Shown in pieces: positions 1 to 8,711 of a stretch of DNA of 64,000 bases (its first letter is position 1; each line of letters starts with the position of its first letter). Below the pieces are notes generated by a model. The model searched no databases. It was not told where the DNA came from and worked only from the letters and a program-made list of their open reading frames with translations. The DNA comes from Alphaproteobacteria bacterium (lineage in GTDB: Bacteria; Pseudomonadota; Alphaproteobacteria; SMXP01): assembly GCA_965248815.1 (NCBI GenBank), contig CBDFKK010000008.1, forward strand, positions 3,061,290 through 3,125,289, given 5' to 3'. A program made the position numbers and the translations under genes.

Positions 1-383
1 CTCTGATCGTACCAAAGCTCGAAAAGCCGGATTGCATGGGGCGCATCGATGTTGCTGACGACTTGTGAGTCGCCCACGACTTCCGCGCTCAACTCTTGGC
101 CATTGTTGTAAAGGCCGTAGGCGAAGAACGTACCGCCGGGCAAGCTAAATGCTTCTTCTGTATCGATTTCGAGCTGAAGATCGAGATTGTCGAGATAGCG
201 ATGATCCTTTTGGATGCCGCCTTTCGTATTCTGCCAAATCTCACCGGTATAGATGACATCAAGCGACACGCCAGGAATACAGCGAAGTAGCACTTCACAG
301 TCCTCGCCTTGCGCCAGGCTCGCGCTCGTCGACAGCCCTATCGCCGCTGCGCCGACCGCAAGACAGCTCCACAATTTGCTCAA
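1..383 (-). CDS. OprB-family carbohydrate-selective porin, N-terminal part; the gene continues beyond the window start
   Basis: Reverse-strand translation gives a signal peptide (SKLWSCLAVGAAAIGLSTSASLAQ) followed by DVIYTGEIWQNTKGGIQ...GTFFAYGLYNNG, which is typical of the OprB porin N-terminus. The putative TTG start is at 383-381. The plus-strand ORF 253-468 overlapping it has no recognisable motifs. Confidence 0.55.
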   Translation of the reverse strand, partial: MSKLWSCLAVGAAAIGLSTSASLAQGEDCEVLLRCIPGVSLDVIYTGEIWQNTKGGIQKDHRYLDNLDLQLEIDTEEAFSLPGGTFFAYGLYNNGQELSAEVVGDSQVVSNIDAPHAIRLFELWYDQ

Positions 384-464
384 CTTAGATTTCCCCCGCC
401 CCGCTAAGATCCTGTTGCAAGTTAGAATTAACAAGATTTTGGATTTAGACCAACCCCTTTCGGC

Positions 465-785
465 TTAGGGACTGCTCGCCGACTTCATTGAAGATCGCAC
501 AATGCGCCGCAATCGCTGGGGTTTGGAGCCTGGCACCCGCTCGATCATGCCCCGCGCCTCAAGATCCAACTTGACGCAAACCGTGTACCAATTTACCGAC
601 CCTTCGATGTGTTTTGGCAACACGCGCTTCACCGCCTTGGGCAATTCATTAAACGTAATGCCGTCTTTAGATTTTGGCACGACTTTGAGAATAGCCTTCT
701 TGTAGGCATCATATTTTGTCTTGGAAATGCGCGTACCGCCCGAGCCTTCGATGGGACTCCGAGTCTGAATTTTCTCCTCGGCCAT
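465..785 (-). CDS. conserved hypothetical protein (106 aa, basic)
   Basis: ORF with ATG start and TAA stop. It lies 4 bp downstream of the enoyl-CoA hydratase gene on the same strand. No recognisable catalytic motif. Confidence 0.4.
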   Translation of the reverse strand: MAEEKIQTRSPIEGSGGTRISKTKYDAYKKAILKVVPKSKDGITFNELPKAVKRVLPKHIEGSVNWYTVCVKLDLEARGMIERVPGSKPQRLRRIVRSSMKSASSP

Positions 786-788
786 TTT

Positions 789-1640
789 TTAGATGTCTTT
801 TCTTAACGGACCCAAATCTTCAAAGTATGGTGCGCGTTTCTGACCTTGGGCCCCGGCTGCTTCCATAATGTCACGGGGCTCGAACATCCCCGCCTGCCAG
901 GTCGCGATATGATCCAAGGCGTCGGCAATCGAATGGTCGCGCGCATAGTTGATCATTCTTTTTGACCCCGCGACCGCCAGAGGTGACTTCGCGGCAATCT
1001 CCGACGCGGTCGCCACGACCGCTTCCATCATTGCGTCGTGATCGGCATAAACTTCATTGACCAAACCAATAGACTTTGCGGTTTGCGCGTCCAGCCGGCG
1101 GCCCGTATAGGCGAGCTCGCGCACCCAACCTTGCGGGATCAAATGACATAGGCGAGGAAACGTTCCTACGTCCGCCGTCATACCGATGTTAATTTCTTGA
1201 ATGCAAAAGAACGCTTCGTCGGTGCAGTAGCGCAGGTCGCAGGCGGATACCAAGTCATCGCCGGCGCCAATGCAGCCACCTTGAACAGCAGCGATCACCG
1301 GCATGCGCGCATCGTCAAGACAATTGAATGTTTCTTGAAGATGAAGAACCAAGGTTCGAAATGCGTCGCGATCCCTTGCGCTGGCCGCATCTCCCGTTCC
1401 AGCCAGGCGCCCTATTAATTCGTTTTGCGAAAAAATATTGAGATCAATGCCCGCCGTAAAATGTTTGCCAAGCGATGAAATCACAATAACGCGCGCCTCA
1501 CCGCGTTCATCAATTTGTCGAACGGCTGTTGGCAATTCATCCCAGAATTCTCGGATCATTGTGTTGAAGACGTCCGGGCGGTTGAACTTCAGATGAGCGA
1601 TACTGTCGGCGATTGTGAGATCGAAGCAGTTGTAGGTCAT
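789..1640 (-). CDS. enoyl-CoA hydratase/isomerase (crotonase) family protein
   Basis: 283-aa ORF with crotonase-fold motifs (ISSLGKHFTAGIDL, AAVQGGCIGAGDDL). Confidence 0.8.
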   Translation of the reverse strand: MTYNCFDLTIADSIAHLKFNRPDVFNTMIREFWDELPTAVRQIDERGEARVIVISSLGKHFTAGIDLNIFSQNELIGRLAGTGDAASARDRDAFRTLVLHLQETFNCLDDARMPVIAAVQGGCIGAGDDLVSACDLRYCTDEAFFCIQEINIGMTADVGTFPRLCHLIPQGWVRELAYTGRRLDAQTAKSIGLVNEVYADHDAMMEAVVATASEIAAKSPLAVAGSKRMINYARDHSIADALDHIATWQAGMFEPRDIMEAAGAQGQKRAPYFEDLGPLRKDI

Positions 1641-1822
1641 AGCAGGCCTCTAAGATGGTGGAAGCCCTAGCAATAGCACGACAGGAGCAACGCCCAAACC
1701 CGACCCGATAGTGTGGCATCAGGCGCACAGCACGAAGCTTTAGCGCCTCCCAATTTCGCCGTTTGGTCGACTCTAGAACGGACGTAACCTATGATTTCAT
1801 CAGGGGTTGGGGAATTTAGTTC

Positions 1823-3046
1823 ATGCAGGAGACGGAACAATCGACTGAGTCGAGTGGCTCTGACGATTCGACGAGTCGCAAGAGGACGTCTCCCCTCAAG
1901 CGCTACGCATGGACGCTGTTGAGCGCGGTGGTGCGCCCGCGACACCTCCTAAAAAAAAACTACGATTCTGCGCTCGTTTTTGGTCCTGTTGTTCTTACGC
2001 TAATCACGCTTCTCGGCGCATCCCTGATTCAAATGGCACTCTGGCAAGAGGATCCGCTAGTTGCGGCGTTCGAATTTCCCGAGGGTCTCCTTTGGCCTGG
2101 CAAAACGATTAGTGACCTAAGAAGCGAGTTGGCGTTCCTACCGATTACGCCGATTATTCTAGTCGGCGTTATCATATCCGGTTCGATCCCGCTTTATTTT
2201 CTGCTCCGTTCATTCGCCAGTGAGAAATTATCGTTCTTCTCTTTCTTACGTGCTTATGTCTATTCGCAGATCATCATTGCTAATATCGGCATTGCGCTGC
2301 TTGCCGTGCGAATGGTTTCAAGCCACGAAGAGTTCAGACTCTTTGTCCTCGTCACAATATTAGCACTCAGCCTTATCATTGCTTTCGTTTACATCATCCC
2401 AGAATTTAGACGGCTTACTCAGGCCAATTTTATTGTCATCGCTGTCATTTACTTCACCTACAACTCAGTATTCACTTGGATAGTTGAACAGATTGTCCCA
2501 ATTAGGCCATTTAGCATTGAGCAAACTTCCATGCTGCCCAATTTGCATCCAGATGACATCGTTGCGGTGAATCGTTGGGCGTATTTATGGCGCAAACCAG
2601 CTCGAGGCGAGATCATGATTTTTCGCAAACCCGACGAGCCCGATCTATTCTGGGTAAAGCGGGTCGTCGGTTTGCCGGGCGAACGCGTCGCATTGAAAAA
2701 CGGCCTGGTCTACATCAACGAAGAAGTTGCAGACTATACACGCATTGAAGATTTTGTATTTGAGAACCGCGACGGCGAACGAATAAGAGCTGCGCAATAC
2801 ATTGAGATGTTACCTAACAATGCGCGCCACACGGTACTCGATCGTTTTACGAACGGGCGCGGTGACAACACCGTTACATTTGAAGTACCACCGGATCACT
2901 ATTTTGTTCTAGGAGATTACAGGGACAACAGTACCGATAGCCGCTTTTCACCCGGCTTCATTCCTGAAGACAAATTAGTCGGACCGGTATATTCCCGCAT
3001 ATTTCCGATTCGCCGGAAGACTTTCTTTCAACCTTCTCAAAGTTAA
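1823..3046 (+). CDS. lepB: signal peptidase I (S26 family) fused to an extended polytopic N-terminal membrane domain
   Basis: The C-terminal 170 aa carry SPase I boxes: SMLPNL (catalytic Ser), VKRVVGLPGE (catalytic Lys) and GDYRDNSTDSRF. The N-terminal ~230 aa are acidic then multi-helix hydrophobic. Local GC is visibly lower than the flanks. Confidence 0.7.
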   Translation: MQETEQSTESSGSDDSTSRKRTSPLKRYAWTLLSAVVRPRHLLKKNYDSALVFGPVVLTLITLLGASLIQMALWQEDPLVAAFEFPEGLLWPGKTISDLRSELAFLPITPIILVGVIISGSIPLYFLLRSFASEKLSFFSFLRAYVYSQIIIANIGIALLAVRMVSSHEEFRLFVLVTILALSLIIAFVYIIPEFRRLTQANFIVIAVIYFTYNSVFTWIVEQIVPIRPFSIEQTSMLPNLHPDDIVAVNRWAYLWRKPARGEIMIFRKPDEPDLFWVKRVVGLPGERVALKNGLVYINEEVADYTRIEDFVFENRDGERIRAAQYIEMLPNNARHTVLDRFTNGRGDNTVTFEVPPDHYFVLGDYRDNSTDSRFSPGFIPEDKLVGPVYSRIFPIRRKTFFQPSQS

Positions 3047-3232
3047 CGCCGACCGCGATCACCTGCCGCAGCGCATGTGCAACTTGTCGCATGCGTACAC
3101 GAGTCGCACCAGCGCGCACACGATGTCGCATCGACAAAAACTCGTCATCTTCCTACATCAAGGCCAAGCGTCCCGGGCAGTCTGTCGTTTCGTTCGGCAA
3201 GGCTAGGGCGCGTGAACGATGCGAGACGGACG

Positions 3233-3631
3233 ATGATTAAAGTTGCAACCAAATTTTTCAAAAAGTTGAAAGACACCCTCCCTAGCATGGCGACCATGGG
3301 GATAGATTTCGTTGCATATTTTCCGGCGTCCGAAAGCGACGGTCTGGAGGCCAAGAAGGCCTATTTACGTCACTATGTGAGTGAGCGTGGCAACGTCATT
3401 GCTGAATTCGAAGACTCCGTCGACCGTGTGCAAGGAGAACGGCCCGGGCTGCAGATGGCCAAAAACCTTTGCACCAGCCAAGGGGCAACCCTGATTATCG
3501 TCAAGCTCGACCGCGCCGGACGGGGCTCGGTACTCCTATTTGCGCCGCCCACTGAAGCATCCGCGCAAGCCCGCCGGGTCCGTGGCACATCTCGTTCCTT
3601 CGGTGTACCTCAGCTGTCCGCTGTGAGCTAG
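3233..3631 (+). pseudogene. serine recombinase (resolvase/invertase) catalytic-domain remnant; no HTH domain, catalytic Arg replaced
   Basis: GIDFVAYFPASESDG...ERPGLQMAKNL...ATLIIVKLDRAGRGS aligns to the resolvase N-domain (YxRVSTxxQ ... RPxL ... VxKLDRLGRS). The motif Arg is Pro here. The ORF ends after ~130 aa with no DNA-binding domain. Confidence 0.4.
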
Positions 3632-3734
3632 TAGCCGTCGAATTTCTGAATTCGAGGGCCCGCTGCCAGCTATGTCACCGTCGCCTTCTCACCTATGATC
3701 CCTCCGGCCGACAACGGGCGCGGAGCAAATTTTC

Positions 3735-4946
3735 TTGCAATCACAACTCACAGTCTTTGTTTGTGCCCTGGCGATCTTTGTCAATAATGGCTTCATTCTG
3801 GTCGGCCTAACGGCTTTTGACGTTTTCCTCTTGGACGAACTATCGGTGTCCGTCGCCGCTTTGAAGGCACGAGACGGCATTACATTATGGACCGTGGGAA
3901 TCGTAGCGCCGCTCGGCGGCTATATGGCCGACCGGTGGGGCGTGAAACCACTTTTTACATTCAGCCTGATCGTGCTTGCACTTTGCATGTATTTGTATTC
4001 ACTCGTCACTGACATCGTCCATGTCTACGCCATTCACGTAATGTTGGGGTTGGCGCAAGTCTTCGGGGGCTGGGTGGTTGCGCTGCTGCTCGTATCACGG
4101 TGGACGACGACCTATCGTGGCCTGGCGATCGGCACTGTGTTGGCGGGCTCAAGCTTGGGAAATGCATTATTGTCGCTCATCAACATCGAATTGCTCACAC
4201 ATGTCGATTGGCGTACGGCTTTCACGATCATCGCTTTAGTGCCGATCGTGCTCATTCCCGCCATCTTGTTTTTGCTTCGGGAGCAACCTGAAACCACGTT
4301 TAGCTCTGCAACTTCATCCGAAAATGCGATTCCGCCGAGCCATGACGGCGTTACGTTTCGCGACGCCATGCGCTCACCACAACTTTGGATGCTCGGGCTG
4401 ATCGCTACAGTGACGACATTCTCGGCATTGGGCGTCGCCACAAACGCCGTTCTATTTGGCACGACAGACTTAGGCCTATCGTTCGCCGCTGCTGGGCGAT
4501 TGGCTTTTGCGTTCTTTGTCGGATCTTTGTTTTCGCAGGTGGGGGGCGGCCTCCTTGCGGACCGGATTGGCGGTGAGCGCGTCTTAATCGCGTCAGTCGC
4601 CCTCATGGGCGTGGGCTGCTTCAGCTTCGCCAATACGGGGCCAGGGAGCGCGATTTATGTATCGTTTCTATTCGGTCTTGGTTGGGGCGGCACAATCGCC
4701 ATGATTCAATTTGTCGCCTCAGTCCGTTTCTTCGGCGCGGCGCTTGGGCGCATTCTCGCCATTCTCGTATTGCTCGAGACGACAGGCGGCGGCTTGGACC
4801 CCGCAGTGGTCGGCGCGTTTTTCGATCGGTTCGGCAATTACAGCGCTGGCTTCTTGTTAGCCGCCGGACTTTGTCTGGTCTCCCTTGGCACCGCCGTAGT
4901 TATGAGCCTCCTTCGCCAAAAAGGTCCGTCCCGCACGAATTCTTGA
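3735..4946 (+). CDS. MFS transporter
   Basis: 403 aa with about 12 hydrophobic helices. The MFS motif A (GGYMADRWGVKP) follows TM2. Confidence 0.8.
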   Translation: MQSQLTVFVCALAIFVNNGFILVGLTAFDVFLLDELSVSVAALKARDGITLWTVGIVAPLGGYMADRWGVKPLFTFSLIVLALCMYLYSLVTDIVHVYAIHVMLGLAQVFGGWVVALLLVSRWTTTYRGLAIGTVLAGSSLGNALLSLINIELLTHVDWRTAFTIIALVPIVLIPAILFLLREQPETTFSSATSSENAIPPSHDGVTFRDAMRSPQLWMLGLIATVTTFSALGVATNAVLFGTTDLGLSFAAAGRLAFAFFVGSLFSQVGGGLLADRIGGERVLIASVALMGVGCFSFANTGPGSAIYVSFLFGLGWGGTIAMIQFVASVRFFGAALGRILAILVLLETTGGGLDPAVVGAFFDRFGNYSAGFLLAAGLCLVSLGTAVVMSLLRQKGPSRTNS

Positions 4947-5027
4947 TCATCTGCCACTTTGTTTGCTGGCCGTGTATGACTATTTCGAAGAAACTTGCCA
5001 TGACCAATAAAGCCCCAGGAGACTCTC

Positions 5028-5312
5028 ATGCCCAAAGCTCTATTCAACGGCGCCGTCATTGCAGAAACCGATCACTTTGAAGAAGTCGAAGGCAACGTCT
5101 ATTTCCCGCCGGAGTCCGTAAACCGCGATCATGTCAAACCGTCTGAGACCACGAGCGTTTGCCCGTGGAAGGGCACAGCCAGCTACTACACCGTCGAAGT
5201 GAATGGCGAAAAAGCCGAGGACGCGGCCTGGTTCTATCCCGACCCCAAAGAGGCCGCCGCCAATATCAAAGATCATGTCGCCTTTTGGAAAGGCGTCAGC
5301 GTCGAGCGCTAA
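5028..5312 (+). CDS. DUF427 domain protein
   Basis: 94 aa with the CPWKGTASYY signature of DUF427. Confidence 0.7.
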   Translation: MPKALFNGAVIAETDHFEEVEGNVYFPPESVNRDHVKPSETTSVCPWKGTASYYTVEVNGEKAEDAAWFYPDPKEAAANIKDHVAFWKGVSVER

Positions 5313-5425
5313 GACGGCTATCGAAGTCCCTGCCCCAAAGAAGTCACAATAGCGCCCAAGGCCGGGCGCAATCGAAGCCTAGCGTCCTGTCCCAGGTTCA
5401 CCACAACTTGGGAGAGGAAGACCAA

Positions 5426-7216
5426 ATGTCAGTCAAGGGAGTAGACGTGACACCAGCCCCGCAACGCTCAGCGATGTGGGGCTTTATGACATCTGTAGCC
5501 GCGAGCGCGCTGTTATTTACGGCGGCCTGCACCGACAACGGCACACAGACGGGCGAAAAAGATGACGAGCGCGGCCGGACGCAAACTTCGCAAACAACAA
5601 GCGAAGAGAAGTTGATGGTCGATCTGCAGCCACCTCCCGCCAGGGAGTTAGAGGCAGACGGATCGGTGGCATTTAACGCTCCTATGTCCGGTCTTGCCTA
5701 TGATATGGCCGCTTCGGAGCCCCAAATGATGCCGCAGCCGATGCCTGGCGATATCGACCGGGACCGGTTCGAAGACTTTGAAGACAATCCTGTAAAAGTC
5801 GTGACGGAAGATCCCATTTCGACGTTTAGTGTCGACGTCGACACCGCGTCATATTCCGTCATGCGGCGACACTTGAATGACGGCGCACTTCCCGCGCGCG
5901 ACGCCATTCGGGTCGAGGAGCTGGTCAACTATTTCGACTATGACTATGAGCTCCCCGACTCGCGGACCGAGCCTTTCAAGACCAATGCGTTCCTCTATCA
6001 AACACCATGGAACGAGGGCACGCAGCTCCTCCACGTTGGCATCAAAGGTTTCGACGTCATTCCCGAAAACAAGCCCGACAGCAATCTTGTACTCTTGCTC
6101 GACGTGTCCGGCTCCATGGACTCCCCTGACAAATTGCCCTTGCTGAAAAAAGCCATGGGCATGTTGGTCAACGAAATGGACGCGGATGATACCGTCTCCA
6201 TTGTCGTTTATGCGGGCGCTGCAGGCACCGTGCTCGAGCCCACCAAAGGTTCGGACAAGGCCAAGATCATGGCCTCTCTCGACCGCTTGTCCGCCGGCGG
6301 ATCGACAGCTGGTGGTGAAGGCATTCGCCAAGCCTATGCCCTGGCCGAACAAAACTTCAAACAAGACACGGTCAATCGCGTGATCCTCGCGACCGACGGC
6401 GACTTCAATGTCGGGATCAACGACCCGGAGCGTCTGGAAGATTTCATTTCCGAAAAGCGCGACACCGGCGTGTTCTTGACGGTGCTAGGTTTCGGCCGCG
6501 GCAACTACAACGATGTGCTGATGCAAAAACTTGCCCAATCGGGCAACGGCAACGCCGCCTACATCGACTCGGTCAAGGAAGCCCAAAAAGTGTTGGTCGA
6601 TGAAATGTCGAGCACGCTCTTCCCCATTGCCAAGGACGTTAAAATCCAGGTCGAGTTTAATCCGGCTCAGGTCGCCGAATACAGGCTGATCGGCTACGAG
6701 ACCCGGATCCTCAACCGGGAAGACTTTAATAACGATCAAGTGGACGCCGGCGATATCGGCAGTGGTCATAGCGTCACGGCGATCTATGAAATCGTGCCGA
6801 CCGGCAGCGACGCCGGTTGGACCGAGCCATTGCGCTACGGCGGTGAGGCCACCGGCACGATGAGCGAAGACAAAAGTGGTGAAATCGCCTTTGTCCGTGT
6901 GCGCTAAAAGCTGCCCGATGAAGACGAAAGCAATCTCATCGAGACGGCGGTGATGCCCGAAGATGCCATCAACAGCATCGTTGAGGCACCGCAAGACGTT
7001 CAATTCGCAGCGGCGGTGGCGGCCTTCGGCCAAAAGCTCCGCGGCGGCAAATATCTCAACGATTGGGATTTTGATGCCATTGGCAATCTCGCCCAAAGCG
7101 CCAAGGGCGACGACCAATTTGGCTACCGGGCGGAGTTCACCCAGCTGGTGAGGTTGGCCAGGTCATCGTCCACCATGCCATCGCTCGAAATAAGCGAGGG
7201 CACGGTCACCCAATAA
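5426..7216 (+). pseudogene. YfbK-like von Willebrand factor A (VWA + DUF3520) protein interrupted by an in-frame TAA at 6905-6907
   Basis: RBS GGAGAGGAAG precedes the ATG at 5426. It has a signal peptide, the MIDAS motif LLLDVSGSMD and TDGDFNVG. The reading frame continues past the TAA (VRVR*KLPDEDESNLIETAVMPED...) for 103 more codons in the same frame (ORF 6950-7216). Confidence 0.6.
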
Positions 7217-7247
7217 CCCGTTCAAGGGAGGGGAACTGTATGAGTAG

Positions 7248-7280
7248 GCGGCGGGCTTCGGCCCGCCGCTTTTCCTTTGG
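7248..7280 (+). terminator. Rho-independent terminator downstream of the YfbK-like gene
   Basis: A 9-bp GC stem (GCGGCGGGC / GCCCGCCGC) with a TTCG loop, followed by TTTTCCTTT. Confidence 0.7.
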
Positions 7281-7440
7281 CGATCGCTACTTGATAAAAA
7301 GTGGAATCGAAAGCGCTGCAAGCACCAATATAACCAGCAGGATGGTATCCATTTGCCGTCCCTTCCTTTGCTACACGCCCCAAGTCTGGCGCCCTGCCGC
7401 CCTAGGGGCAAGCATAGGTCTGCTGCCCGTTAACAACTTG

Positions 7441-7530
7441 TCTCGTCATGATAACCTTAAACTATAAAAAGACTAATTATGATACTAGTCATATTTTATT
7501 ATATGATATATATCATAATTAGTTCGATTC
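7441..7530 (+). promoter_or_regulatory. AT-rich promoter/operator region with a perfect 16-bp palindrome (TATGATATATATCATA, 7501-7516) and repeated ATGATA half-sites; upstream of the TetR-TlpA-BNR operon
   Basis: A sharp AT-rich island in a high-GC context. The palindrome was verified by reverse-complementing it. It lies 43 bp upstream of the TetR start. Confidence 0.45.
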
Positions 7531-7558
7531 GGTCGTTTTTGGCTCTCCTAGGCGCATT

Positions 7559-8122
7559 GTGAGCTACACCCCCGCCCACAAAGAACGCACCCGTGCCCGC
7601 ATACTTGAGAGCGCTAGGCGCCTCCTGAAGGATCAAGGGCTCGCCGGCGTGAGCGTCGATGGCCTTATGGCCGAAGCTGGTCTCACACGAGGCGGCTTCT
7701 ACGCTCATTTCAAGTCCAAGGACGATTTGGTCGCGGCGGCGCTTGAGGATCCGGTTCTTGTAGGATTTTTGACCAAACACGAGGGCGAGCGGGAGCCGGC
7801 GCACTGGACCCGACTCGTCCTGGAGGAATATCTGGGATCCCTTCACCGCGACCGGCCGGGGACCGGCTGCCCCCTCGCCGCCTTTATTGGCGAGGCCTCC
7901 CACGCGGCCTCCGAAGTACAGGCCGCTTACGCCGCTCAAGTCAAACAAGCTGCAACGACCATATCCGCTCGCTTGCCCGGCAAGCCGAAAGAAACAGAAA
8001 AGGAAGCTCTGGGCATTTTGGCGCTGGTGATCGGCGGTGCAGCCCTTGCCCGGGCGGTCGATGACAAAGTGCTCTCGGATGCTATTCTAGCCGCCTGCCG
8101 CGAGGCGATTTCAGATTTATAG
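7559..8122 (+). CDS. TetR/AcrR family transcriptional regulator
   Basis: N-terminal HTH (RILESARRLLKDQGLAGVSVDGLMAEAGLTRGGFYAHFKSKDDLV). GTG start. Confidence 0.85.
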   Translation: MSYTPAHKERTRARILESARRLLKDQGLAGVSVDGLMAEAGLTRGGFYAHFKSKDDLVAAALEDPVLVGFLTKHEGEREPAHWTRLVLEEYLGSLHRDRPGTGCPLAAFIGEASHAASEVQAAYAAQVKQAATTISARLPGKPKETEKEALGILALVIGGAALARAVDDKVLSDAILAACREAISDL

Positions 8123-8130
8123 GGCCGCTC

Positions 8131-8676
8131 ATGAAAATTTTCAGCCAAACCTACATGTTGCTGGTGGTCACGCTGCTGGTCGCCGTGCCCATCGCAGACG
8201 CTAGAGCACAAGACAACGATCAAGAAATCGGTATCTTGGACCCAGGAATGGCCGAAGAAGGAGGAGCGGCCCCCGACTTCCGCCTCAAAGATTTGAATAT
8301 GAACTTGGTCCAACTCTCCCAGTTCCTCGGAACTCCAATCGTGCTCAACTTTTTCGCTTCTTGGTGCGGCCCCTGCATTATCGAGATGCCCTACATCCAA
8401 GCCGCGCATGATCAGGCTGCGGACAATGGCTATGTTGTCTTAGGTGTTGCCGTCGAAGACAGCCGGGGGGCCATCGAAGACATGATGGCAGGTGGAAGCT
8501 TTACTTATCCTGCTGTGATCGATGGCGACAGCAGCGTAAAGCTCGCATACCAGGTCGTCGGTCCGCCCTACACGTTTTTTATCGACCGGGACGGCATAAT
8601 CCAAACTGTGGTATCGGGCTCCCTTGAGCCGGAAACACTGGATTTGGAAATAGCTCAGTTACTCGAAACGGAGTAG
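8131..8676 (+). CDS. TlpA/ResA-like periplasmic thiol:disulfide oxidoreductase (thioredoxin fold)
   Basis: Signal peptide plus a WCGPC active site, with overall TlpA-like architecture. Confidence 0.8.
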   Translation: MKIFSQTYMLLVVTLLVAVPIADARAQDNDQEIGILDPGMAEEGGAAPDFRLKDLNMNLVQLSQFLGTPIVLNFFASWCGPCIIEMPYIQAAHDQAADNGYVVLGVAVEDSRGAIEDMMAGGSFTYPAVIDGDSSVKLAYQVVGPPYTFFIDRDGIIQTVVSGSLEPETLDLEIAQLLETE

Positions 8677-8711
8677 ACTAGGGCCAATCACAGCTTTGAA
8701 GGAGGTTTCCC

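Noticed and set aside
465-467. The 106-aa ORF and the porin ORF are in the same frame separated by one TAA
   Set aside because: The intervening translation (AERGWSKSKILLILTCNRILAGRGK) is not protein-like. This is a coincidental frame match, unlike the YfbK and thioesterase cases where both sides belong to one domain.
253-468. Plus-strand 71-aa ORF and the 96-290 ORF at the window start
   Set aside because: The opposite strand encodes a recognisable OprB-porin N-terminus with a signal peptide. The plus-strand ORFs have no motifs.
4112-4633. 173-aa minus-strand ORF inside the MFS transporter gene
   Set aside because: It is antisense to a clear 12-TM transporter and gives a Pro/Arg-rich translation typical of a high-GC antisense frame.
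5159-5425. Long N-terminal extension of the YfbK-like ORF (ORF track starts at 5159) overlapping the DUF427 gene
   Set aside because: It is an Arg-rich, non-protein-like translation with no start signal. A good RBS and ATG at 5426 are followed by a signal peptide.
7240-7467. 75-aa plus-strand ORF spanning the terminator hairpin
   Set aside because: It runs through a strong intrinsic terminator, gives a low-complexity Arg/Ser translation and has no RBS.
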